Position numbers and translations under genes: made by a program
The notes under the pieces: generated by a model
Told to the model about the DNA's origin: nothing
The model's input: only the letters and a program-made list of their open reading frames with translations
Databases searched by the model: none
Part shown: positions 50,373 through 57,801 of the stretch, in pieces
Numbering within the stretch: the stretch's first letter is position 1
Layout: every line of letters starts with the position of its first letter
Assembly (NCBI GenBank): GCA_035461385.1
Contig: DATHVI010000174.1
Coordinates: 29,483-93,482, forward strand
DNA length: 64,000 nt
Direction: 5' to 3'
Origin: Solirubrobacterales bacterium
GTDB taxonomy: Bacteria; Actinomycetota; Thermoleophilia; Solirubrobacterales; 70-9

Positions 50373-50531
50373 CGGCGCCGACCCTTCCTCAGTGACTCAG
50401 CCGTTCAGCGACCAAGGAGCGGCACGGTAGCGCGCGCCCGTGTGCGCTGCGTTTAGAGCGCGCTTAACAACACCGCGCCCAGCGACCGACTCGGTGCCCG
50501 AATCCGGTTCCGCGGAACCGCGGCAAGCGGC

Positions 50532-50756
50532 TCACGTGAGCTCCGACCCGCAGCCCGCGCAGCCGCCGGCCGCCCGCAACGAGCCGCCGCAGACGGGGCA
50601 CCCGGAGCGGCCGGTACGGCTGAGGTCCTCCCACACCTCGAGGATTGAGTCCTCGAGGGTCACCTCGGCCGGGTCGAACAGCCGCTGCTCCGAGCGCCCA
50701 GCCACGGGCGGTACGGCGAGCACGGCCTGGCGCGTCATCTCCGCGACCGCAGCCAT
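50532..50756 (-). CDS. small C4 zinc-ribbon protein translationally coupled to lexA
   Basis: ATG 50756 lies 2 nt after the lexA TGA, with GGAGGG inside the last lexA codons acting as an SD. 74 aa with high third-position GC. CPVCGG...GGCAGCG at the C-terminus. Confidence 0.55.
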   Translation of the reverse strand: MAAVAEMTRQAVLAVPPVAGRSEQRLFDPAEVTLEDSILEVWEDLSRTGRSGCPVCGGSLRAAGGCAGCGSELT

Positions 50757-50758
50757 GC

Positions 50759-51361
50759 TCAAACCCTCCGGAAGACGCCGACCACCTTGCCCAGGACCTC
50801 GGCGTCGGTTGTGACGATCGGCTCGTAGGCCTCGTTCTCGGCCTCGAGCCGGATCGCCTCGTCCTCCCTGAACAACCGCTTCACAGTCGCCTCGTCGTCG
50901 ATCAGCGCGACCACGATCTCGCCGTCATTGGCGGTCTCTGCCGGGCGGACGACGACGTAGTCGCCCTCGAGGATCCCGGCGTCCTTCATCGAGTCGCCGG
51001 AGACGCGAAGGACGTAGTCGCCGCCCTCGCCGCCGATCACCGACGGGACCTCGAGGTACTCCTCGATGTGCTCCTCGGCGAGGACCGGCTGCCCGGCCGC
51101 GACCCGGCCGACGAGCGGCAGTCCCGGCCCGCGGACCGCACGCCGCGCCTTGCCGACCAGCAGCTCGATCGCCCGCGGCTTCGTCGGGTCGCGCCGCAGC
51201 AGGCCGATCTTCTCGAGGTTCGCGAGGTGGGCGTGCACGGTCGAGGACGAATGCAGGCCGACGGCCTTGCCGATCTCGCGCACGGTCGGCGGGTAACCGT
51301 ACTTGGCCGCGTACTTGCGGATGTAGTCGAAGATCTCCTTCTGGCGCTTGGTCAGGTCCAT
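50759..51361 (-). CDS. lexA: LexA repressor
   Basis: 200 aa. N-terminal wHTH (LTKRQKEIFDYIRKY...GYPPTVREIG), cleavage site VAAGQP, S24 peptidase SGDSM and K in VKRL. Confidence 0.95.
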   Translation of the reverse strand: MDLTKRQKEIFDYIRKYAAKYGYPPTVREIGKAVGLHSSSTVHAHLANLEKIGLLRRDPTKPRAIELLVGKARRAVRGPGLPLVGRVAAGQPVLAEEHIEEYLEVPSVIGGEGGDYVLRVSGDSMKDAGILEGDYVVVRPAETANDGEIVVALIDDEATVKRLFREDEAIRLEAENEAYEPIVTTDAEVLGKVVGVFRRV

Positions 51362-51422
51362 CGCGGGCTCCTCCTCGGCTCAGCCGCAGGTGCGGGGGTC
51401 GCCGCATTCGCTGCTTCTACCA

Positions 51423-51434
51423 GAACACATGTTC
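51423..51434 (-). promoter_or_regulatory. LexA (SOS/Cheo-type) box GAAC-N4-GTTC upstream of lexA
   Basis: gaacacatgttc, 62 nt upstream of the lexA ATG. Confidence 0.75.
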
Positions 51435-51503
51435 GTAGAGTAGAACGTCCCGCGGACGGAAGCAAGCGGGCGGCGCCCGTCCCTCTAGAATCTCCTTCCC
51501 CAC

Positions 51504-51590
<87 letters not shown>

Positions 51591-51647
51591 CTCGAAGCCC
51601 CCGCAAAGCGCGGGGGAGGCAAAGTCGGATGTAGTCGTGTGACCGGC

Positions 51648-51973
51648 TCATCGGCGCAGCGAGCGGTTTGTAGCGGCGCCACCTCCCTTTCGTCCCTCTT
51701 CGCCGTGGCCCTCGAGGACCAGGGCGATCGACTCGGCGGACAGGTAGCGCCGGCCGACCAGCCACTCGTCGTTCTGCGCGATCAGAAAGGGCGCCGGCGA
51801 GGCGGATCGCCGAGGCGTATTGGGGAGATCCCGACGACGTCCGATAGCCGCCCGATCTCCTTGTCGACGCGTTCGATGGGATCGGTGGAGCGAAGCTTCG
51901 GCCATCGGCCTCGGGGAAGCGATAGATAGCAGAAACCGTCCGGGCGTCGGCGGGTCGGCCGGACCTCAAACAA
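51648..51973 (-). mobile_element. IS256-family transposase C-terminal fragment, frame-shifted (remnant)
   Basis: Two overlapping minus-strand frames read ...WPKLRSTDPIERVDKEIGRLSDVVGISP... and ...LIAQNDEWLVGRRYLSAESIA..., matching the IS256 transposase C-terminus (STNPxERxNKEIKRRTxVVGIFPN...EQxDEWxVxRRYxSxES). No N-terminal part and no inverted repeats were seen. Confidence 0.6.
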
Positions 51974-52021
51974 GGAGAAGCGCCCCCGAATCGGGGGCGC
52001 TTCCCGTGCCGCTCGGAAGTC

Positions 52022-52300
52022 CTAGGCGCCTGCCGCAGCAGGCTCCGGAAGGCCCATAGAGCGGTCCGCGTCGACCGCGAAGTACGTGTTCTCAGTCACG
52101 CCGGCGGTAGCCGGATCGAGGAAATCGCGGACTGTGTCAATCGAGTCCGCCTCCCAGAGGCAGATTGCCGCCGACCCGTCCTGGGGCGGGAAGAACTGCC
52201 GCAACTGGACACCAAGCGGCCCGCCTTCGGCAAGCTCCGCGGGGTCCAACGAGGAGAACTTCTCCGGATCGGTGATTCGGTGCTGCGCAACGATGTTCAT
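52022..52300 (-). CDS. small hypothetical protein with atypical (lower GC3) codon usage
   Basis: 92-aa ORF with no family recognised. It is followed upstream by the most AT-rich stretch of the window, including the palindrome AAGAATT-catgaaa-AATTCTT at 52441-52461. Confidence 0.45.
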   Translation of the reverse strand: MNIVAQHRITDPEKFSSLDPAELAEGGPLGVQLRQFFPPQDGSAAICLWEADSIDTVRDFLDPATAGVTENTYFAVDADRSMGLPEPAAAGA

Positions 52301-52657
52301 GGTCGCCTCCGTCTAGTCATTGGTCTTGGCTGTCTCCACCGCTGGAAACGAACCGGGAGGTCGCCCGAGACTCTTTGCTGATCCAAGGCAGCCGCGAGAA
52401 GTTCAGCAACGGCAATAGGCCTGTCCCAAAACACTTTATCAAGAATTCATGAAAAATTCTTCCGGAAATAGAAAGCTACAAAGATGAGCCGGAAACCGGC
52501 CAACGGATGGCGGTGGCAAGTCGCCACCGCGCCCGCGCGCGCCGGTCACCGCCGCGCTTGGCGGGATCCGGTTGTAGGTGGTCGATGGCGCCCACGGTCT
52601 CGGCATCACCGGCTCGCCGACCGGGGTCGACTTGAGCCGCGGCCTCGAACCGGCGCT

Positions 52658-52687
52658 GTGGAGGTTCAACTCCTCTCAGCCGCACTC
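52658..52687 (+). repeat. direct repeat of the 3' end of tRNA-Leu (29/30 identical to 51564-51593); att-like
   Basis: gtggaggttcAactcctctcagccgcactc versus gtggaggttcGactcctctcagccgcactc. No 5' half of a tRNA lies upstream. Both copies are followed by a GC hairpin. Confidence 0.8.
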
Positions 52688-52791
52688 CGAAGCCCCTGCG
52701 ACCTCGCGGGGGCTTCGTGGCTTCGGGACACCGGGCCGCGCGGGGCGCTCGCGCCCTGGGCAAGTGGTCCGGCTCCGTGCGCTGGCATCCT

Positions 52792-53616
52792 ATGGGGGTC
52801 ATCCGCGGTTCGAACGGAGGTGTGGCGCGAGTTGATCCTCTCCCCTCTACGCGCCGGCCGCTGGGCCCGCCCAGCGGGACGGCGGGCTCGAGCACCGCGT
52901 TGACCGGGCGCGACGTCACCGCGGCCGGCCGGACGGAGGTCGATCAGGCGCTCGCCCGAATCTCCGAGCGCTATCGCGAGCTCGTCGAGCGTCTGCCCGC
53001 TGTCGTCTACGAGGCCGAGCCCGGACCCGAGGGCGTCTTCCGGTACGTCAGCCCCCAGATCGAGCAGCTGCTCGGCTACAGCCCGGAGGAGTGGACGTCG
53101 AATCCCCGGCTCTGGCTTGAGCGCCTTCATCCCGACGATCGCCCGGTGACGCTGGAACGTGAGCGCGAGCATGCGCTGCACGCGACCGGCACCGACACTC
53201 GGGTGCGATCCGAGTACCGGATGGTCCACCGCGACGGCCACGTCGTCACGATTCGCGACGAGGCGCGGCTGATCGATCCGGACTCGGGCCCGCCGGTGTG
53301 GCACGGCGTCCTGATCGACATGAGCGCGAGCAGGGCGGCGTCGGCACGGCTCAACGCTCCCGGCGGGGATGCCGTGCGAGCGAACTGCGCCCGCTGCGGT
53401 GCGAGCTGGATCGCTGAGCGGGTGCACGCCTGCCCCGAGTGCGGGAATCGGGAAGTCGACGCGGTCTCCCTCAACGAGGCGCTCGCCGCGCTCGCAGCCT
53501 CCCGCCGCCAGGTCGAGGATCTCCTCGCCGCTCTCCACCGGCACCTCGACGCGTTGAGCGACGCCCTCCCCGAGCCCCCGCCCGGCGGGGCGGCGAGTGC
53601 GGATGCGCGCGGCTGA
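52792..53616 (+). CDS. PAS-domain protein with C-terminal C4 zinc ribbon
   Basis: PAS region: YRELVERLPAVVYEAEP...FRYVSPQIEQLLGYSPEEW...HPDD...EYRMVHRDGHVV. Followed by CARCG...CPECG. The start is uncertain (ATG 52792 chosen). Confidence 0.65.
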   Translation: MGVIRGSNGGVARVDPLPSTRRPLGPPSGTAGSSTALTGRDVTAAGRTEVDQALARISERYRELVERLPAVVYEAEPGPEGVFRYVSPQIEQLLGYSPEEWTSNPRLWLERLHPDDRPVTLEREREHALHATGTDTRVRSEYRMVHRDGHVVTIRDEARLIDPDSGPPVWHGVLIDMSASRAASARLNAPGGDAVRANCARCGASWIAERVHACPECGNREVDAVSLNEALAALAASRRQVEDLLAALHRHLDALSDALPEPPPGGAASADARG

Positions 53617-53628
53617 CGTCTGACCGCC

Positions 53629-54222
53629 GTGCGCTCGGAGGGACGGCGAGCCACGGCCGCGCCGCTGCGGCTGCTGGCGCTCGCCGACGAGCCGCCGCCG
53701 GCCGACCCGGCCCGGATCGTCTCCGACAACGGCGTCGCGGCGGTGGTCACGCTCGGTGACCTCGAGCCGGAGTCGATCGCCCCGCTCTCCGGCCTCGCGA
53801 TCCCCCGCCTCGGCGTCCACGGCAACCACGACGCGGAGGGCCAGCTCGCCGCGCTCGGGATCGCCGATCTCCACCTCTCGCGGGTCGAGGTCGGCGGCTG
53901 GAGCTTCGCCGGCTTCGAGGGCTGCGTGCGGTATGGCGAAGGCCCCCACCAGTACTCGCAGGCGGAGGCCGCGGAGCTGGCCCGCGAGCTCCCGCCGGCC
54001 GACGTCCTCGCCTGCCACGCGCCGCCGGCCGGGATCGACGACGAGCCCGACGACCCCGCCCACGCCGGCTTCGTCGCCCTGCGCGAGTGGGTCGAGCGCC
54101 ACCGCCCGAAGTACCTCCTGCACGGCCACACCCAGCCGGATCCGAGGACCCGGGTCCGTCGCTTCGGCGACACCGAGGTCGTCTGGGTTCGCGGCGCCGC
54201 CGTCGTCGAGCTGCGCCGCTGA
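53629..54222 (+). CDS. metallophosphoesterase family protein
   Basis: 197 aa; LGDL, GNHD, and a GH...H pattern (LLHGHTQPD). Confidence 0.7.
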   Translation: MRSEGRRATAAPLRLLALADEPPPADPARIVSDNGVAAVVTLGDLEPESIAPLSGLAIPRLGVHGNHDAEGQLAALGIADLHLSRVEVGGWSFAGFEGCVRYGEGPHQYSQAEAAELARELPPADVLACHAPPAGIDDEPDDPAHAGFVALREWVERHRPKYLLHGHTQPDPRTRVRRFGDTEVVWVRGAAVVELRR

Positions 54223-54581
54223 GCCCGCGGCCGGGCGAGCTCCCGGCAGGCGCCCACGCGCCCGCCGCGGGTCGGATCCCCTTCGGCGCCAGGAGCGGAC
54301 CTTGGCGTCGAGCAGCAGCCAGCAGCCGTCCGCGGCGTTCACCGCCGGAACCCCCGGGACCCTCTTCAGCGGCGGCGAGACCTGGAGCGTGTTGTCGCCG
54401 CTGCATCGAAGCGCGCTCGTGCGTCGCGCCGGCGGCGATCGCCGCCGGGATCGCGACCCCCCGAGACCTCGCCTGCGTCGGACACCGCGGGCGGCGGTCG
54501 GCCCCCCACGGCGCGGCGTCGGTGCTCGCTGGTGGTGCGTGCCCGATTCTCCGTCGTCCCGGCGTGAATGCAAGTCCCCCG

Positions 54582-55481
54582 CTAGCGCGGGTTCCCGCGC
54601 TCGTCCGCGCGCCGCGCGAGGTCGAGGAACGCGGCGGCGGCCGGCGCGTGGCGGCGCTCGGCCCGCCAGACGAGGGTGACGTCGCGCGAGAGCGATGGCT
54701 TGCGGACGGTCGCGAGCGCGACCGGGATGCCCGCGCCCTCGACGTCGGAGCGAGGCAGGAGCGAGACGCCGAGCCCGCGGGCGACGATCGCGTTGATTCG
54801 CGCGACCTCGTTCGACTCGAACGCGACCCGCGGCTGGAACCCCGCCTGCTCGCCGGCGCTCTGGAGCAGGCGGCGCAGCATCGAGCCCTCGCGGAAGCCG
54901 ATGAACAGCTCGTCGCGGAGCTCGGCGAGGTCGATCTCGTCGCGGTCGGCGAGCCGGTGCTCGGCCGGCAGCACCGCGACGACCTCCTCGGTCGCGACCC
55001 GCTGGAACTTCAGCCCTCCGCCCTGGATCCGCTCGGTGACCGACAGGAACGCGAGGTCGAGCGCGTCGGAGCGCAGGCGGTCGGCGAGCGTCTCGCTCGG
55101 CTCCTCGCGGACCGCGAGCTCGACCTCCGGGTACTGGCCGTGGAAGGCGGCGAGCAGCGCCGAGAGGTCGAACGGGCCGAGGGTCTGCATCGCGCCGATC
55201 GTGACTCTCCCGCCCCGGACCCCGGCGAGCTCCTGGAGCTCGGCGAGGCCGGCGTCGACCTCGGCGACCGCCCGCCGCGCCCGCTCGACGAGGGCGATCC
55301 CGGCGCCCGTCATCCGGACCCGGCGGGTGGTCCGATCGACGAGCGTGACGCCGACCTCCTGCTCGAGCCGGCGGATCTGCTGCGAGAGCGCCGGCTGGGC
55401 GACGTGCGACCGCGTCGCCGCCTGGGTGAAGCTACCCTCGTCAGCGATCGCGATCAGGTATCGGAGCTGGCGCAGTTCCAT
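54582..55481 (-). CDS. LysR-family transcriptional regulator
   Basis: 299 aa; MELRQLRYLIAIADEGSFTQAATRSHVAQPALSQQIRRLEQEVG. Confidence 0.9.
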   Translation of the reverse strand: MELRQLRYLIAIADEGSFTQAATRSHVAQPALSQQIRRLEQEVGVTLVDRTTRRVRMTGAGIALVERARRAVAEVDAGLAELQELAGVRGGRVTIGAMQTLGPFDLSALLAAFHGQYPEVELAVREEPSETLADRLRSDALDLAFLSVTERIQGGGLKFQRVATEEVVAVLPAEHRLADRDEIDLAELRDELFIGFREGSMLRRLLQSAGEQAGFQPRVAFESNEVARINAIVARGLGVSLLPRSDVEGAGIPVALATVRKPSLSRDVTLVWRAERRHAPAAAAFLDLARRADERGNPR

Positions 55482-55569
55482 AACGATTACGAATAAGTCT
55501 ATATTGAATTATGTCTTTGCATTTCGACGCTTAGACATGCATAATGCTCCGCACAACCTCTCCTCCCCT

Positions 55570-55633
55570 GTCGCGCCCCGGGTGAACGAGCTTAAGGCCA
55601 AGTGCCGCGTCGCTCCCGGGGCGCGACTTTTTT
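55570..55633 (+). terminator. 13-bp perfect stem plus T6: intrinsic terminator on the plus strand
   Basis: gtcgcgccccggg (55570-55582) is the exact reverse complement of cccggggcgcgac (55615-55627), followed by tttttt (55628-55633). Confidence 0.6.
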
Positions 55634-55639
55634 GTTGAC

Positions 55640-56170
55640 CTAGTCGCGTTCGGCGGCGTCGATCGCGGCGGTGAAGCCCTCGAACCCGCGCCCGAAACGG
55701 CGCCGGCCGTCGAAGAACAGGACCGGGATCCCGTCGACCCCGCTGGCAAGCCCGCTCGCGACGTCGGTCGCGACCCGCTCGGCGTGGGCGCCGGACTCCA
55801 GCTCGGCATCGAAGCGGTCGCGGTCAAGCCCGAGCTCACGGGCGTAGCGGCGCAGATCCGCGACCGCAAGCGCGTCCTGGTTGCGAAACAGGACGTCGTG
55901 CATCGGCCAGAAACGGCCCTGGGCCCCTGCGGCCTCGGCCGCTTCGGCCGCCTTCTGGGCGTGCGGGTGCTTGCCGGCGAGCGGGAAGTGGCGGAACGCG
56001 AACCGCAGCCCGGGCTCCCCCGAGCGCTGCCGGCGGCTCACGTACCTGTAGGCGGCACGCGAGTAAGGGCATTCGTAGTCGCCGTACTCGACCACCTCGA
56101 TCGCGCCGCGCTCGGGCCCGCGCACGTGGTCGCGTGCGCCGAGCGGCTCGGCCAGGTCCAACGTGGACAC
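55640..56170 (-). CDS. DsbA-family thioredoxin-fold protein with CPYS (monothiol) active site
   Basis: 176 aa; VEYGDYECPYSRAAY where DsbA-like proteins have CPxC. The codons are tgc cct tac tcg. Confidence 0.8.
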   Translation of the reverse strand: MSTLDLAEPLGARDHVRGPERGAIEVVEYGDYECPYSRAAYRYVSRRQRSGEPGLRFAFRHFPLAGKHPHAQKAAEAAEAAGAQGRFWPMHDVLFRNQDALAVADLRRYARELGLDRDRFDAELESGAHAERVATDVASGLASGVDGIPVLFFDGRRRFGRGFEGFTAAIDAAERD

Positions 56171-56199
56171 GAACCGAGCCTAGCCCAGGGATGCAGCCC

Positions 56200-56456
56200 C
56201 TAGGACGGGGGGCAGGCGCCGATCGAGTCGACCCGGCCCTCGTCGGTGATCACGAAGAGGTGCTTCCAGGCGCCGGTTCCGGCCTCGCGGACGCCGTATT
56301 CGCCCGGTTCGACCGACTCCTGATGGAGGCCCAGACGTGGATCGCGCTCTGCGGGTCCGGACCGTGAACGTGGCGAGCCCAGACCGAGAGCGCAGCGGGC
56401 CGGGTCTGCTGGGTCCCGGTGATGCACCGTCCGATCTCCCACTCCATCCCGTCCAC
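56200..56456 (-). pseudogene. small ORF pair that looks like one gene split by a 1-nt frame change
   Basis: Third-position GC is high in frame B for the first half (MEWEIGRCITGTQQTRPAALSVWARHVHGPDPQSAIHVW...). It is high in frame A for the second half (...HQESVEPGEYGVREAGTGAWKHLFVITDEGRVDSIGACPPS*). No family recognised. Confidence 0.3.
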
Positions 56457-56475
56457 CCTACCGCCCCTGGGACGC

Positions 56476-56512
56476 CCCCTGGGACCGCCGCTGCCCCTTG
56501 GGACCGCCGCTG
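56476..56512 (+). repeat. 18/19-nt tandem repeat CCCC(T)TGGGACCGCCGCTG x2 (plus a partial unit at 56464-56475)
   Basis: Read directly from the sequence; lies in the leader upstream of the MFS gene. Confidence 0.8.
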
Positions 56513-56562
56513 CCGGGTGGCGCCGGCCGGTTCGGCCTCGCTCGCTCTCTAGGGTCTTCCCC

Positions 56563-57786
56563 GTGGACTACGAATCGGCGGCCCGCCGCAACCTCTTCCT
56601 CCTCGCCGCCGGCATGGCTGCGCTCTACGGGATGGTCGAGCTCGCGGTCGGGGTGGCGACGCTGACCTTCGAGGCCACCGGCGGCTCGCGCTCGTTGGCC
56701 GGCTTCGCCCCGGCCGTGTTCGTCGGCTGCTCGGCGCTCGCCGCGGTCCCCGCCGGGCGGGCGATGGATCGAAGCGGGCGCCGGCCGATCCTGATCGCAG
56801 GGTTCGCAGTCGGCGCCGCCGGCTGCCTGCTCGCCGGGCTCGGGGTCTCAGCCGGCTCGCTCGCGGTCGCGATGCTCGGGTTCGCGCTCGCGGGCATCGC
56901 AGCGGGGACGGTGCTCCTGAGCCGGGCCGCCGGGGCTGACATGTTCCCGCCCGAGCGCCGCCCGCGCGCGATCGCGCTCGTGCTCTTCGGGGCGGTCTTC
57001 GGCGCCCTGCTCGGCCCGCTCGTCTTCGGGCCGCTGCTCGGTGACGGCCACGAGGGCCTCGACCTCGCGTGGGTCGGCGCCGCCGCGTTCATGCTCGTCG
57101 GGCTGGCGATCGCCTCCCGGCTGCGCCCCGACCCGCAGGAGATCGCTCGCGCGCTCGACGCCGGGCCGGGGGTGGCCGAGCCCTCCCCGGCCGAGGGCCT
57201 GAGACTGGTCCTCGGTCGCCCCGGCGTCGCCCCGGCGGTGGTCGCAATCCTCGCGGTCTGGGGCGCGATGATCGCGATCATGGTCCTGACCGGGACGGCG
57301 ATGGTCGACCACGGCCACCCCCACGGCTCGATCTTCCCGGTCCTCACCGCCCATTTCGTCGGCATGTTCGGGCTCTTCGCCGTCGTCGGGCCGGCGATCG
57401 AGCGGATCGGGCGGACGCCGGCGCTCGTCGGCGGGCTCGTCCTGCTCGCCGCATCCGCGGCGGCGCTCGTCGCCGCGATCGCCAGCGTCGCGCTCACCGC
57501 GCTGGCGCTGTTCGGCGTCGGCCTCGGCTGGAGCCTCGCATTCGTCGCCGCGACGGCGGAGCTCTCGGAGCGCTCGCGCCCCGCCGAGCGGGCGACGCTG
57601 ATCGGGTTCTCCGACCTGCTCGGCGGGATCACCGGCGGGGCGCTGGCGATCGCCGGGGGGATCGGCCTCGAGCACGGCGGCCTCGCCGCCGTCGCGCTCG
57701 CCGCCGCCGCGCTGCCGCTCGCCGCGGCGGTGTGGATCGTGCGCGACGCGAAGCGGGCTCGGGCGTTCGCAGGCGCGCGGGCCTAG
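56563..57786 (+). CDS. MFS transporter
   Basis: GTG 56563 chosen; the ORF opens at 56419 but begins with the low-complexity repeat. About 12 TM segments; GRAMDRSGRRP loop motif. Confidence 0.8.
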   Translation: MDYESAARRNLFLLAAGMAALYGMVELAVGVATLTFEATGGSRSLAGFAPAVFVGCSALAAVPAGRAMDRSGRRPILIAGFAVGAAGCLLAGLGVSAGSLAVAMLGFALAGIAAGTVLLSRAAGADMFPPERRPRAIALVLFGAVFGALLGPLVFGPLLGDGHEGLDLAWVGAAAFMLVGLAIASRLRPDPQEIARALDAGPGVAEPSPAEGLRLVLGRPGVAPAVVAILAVWGAMIAIMVLTGTAMVDHGHPHGSIFPVLTAHFVGMFGLFAVVGPAIERIGRTPALVGGLVLLAASAAALVAAIASVALTALALFGVGLGWSLAFVAATAELSERSRPAERATLIGFSDLLGGITGGALAIAGGIGLEHGGLAAVALAAAALPLAAAVWIVRDAKRARAFAGARA

Positions 57787-57801
57787 CCGCGGCGTGCGGG
57801 C

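Noticed and set aside
52560-52690. Second tRNA gene at the right end of the islet
   Set aside because: Only the T-arm and acceptor 3' strand are present. No matching 5' acceptor strand, D-arm or anticodon arm lies upstream, so I interpret it as an att-type duplicate.
54223-54581. About 360-bp GC-rich gap between convergent metallophosphoesterase and LysR genes; searched for a missed gene
   Set aside because: All six frames give Arg/Pro/Gly-rich strings without motifs or credible starts. It may be a decayed remnant, but nothing here can be supported.
55538-55639. 33-aa ORF (MHNAPHNLSSPVAPRVNELKAKCRVAPGARLFC) in the LysR-divergent element
   Set aside because: It has no Shine-Dalgarno, its codon usage is not gene-like, and the ORF runs through the terminator stem. 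A non-coding role seems more likely, though this is not excluded.
56419-56562. N-terminal extension of the MFS transporter from the ORF-track start
   Set aside because: This stretch translates the 18/19-nt tandem repeat into PLG/PPL low-complexity sequence. GTG 56563 immediately precedes the first TM region.
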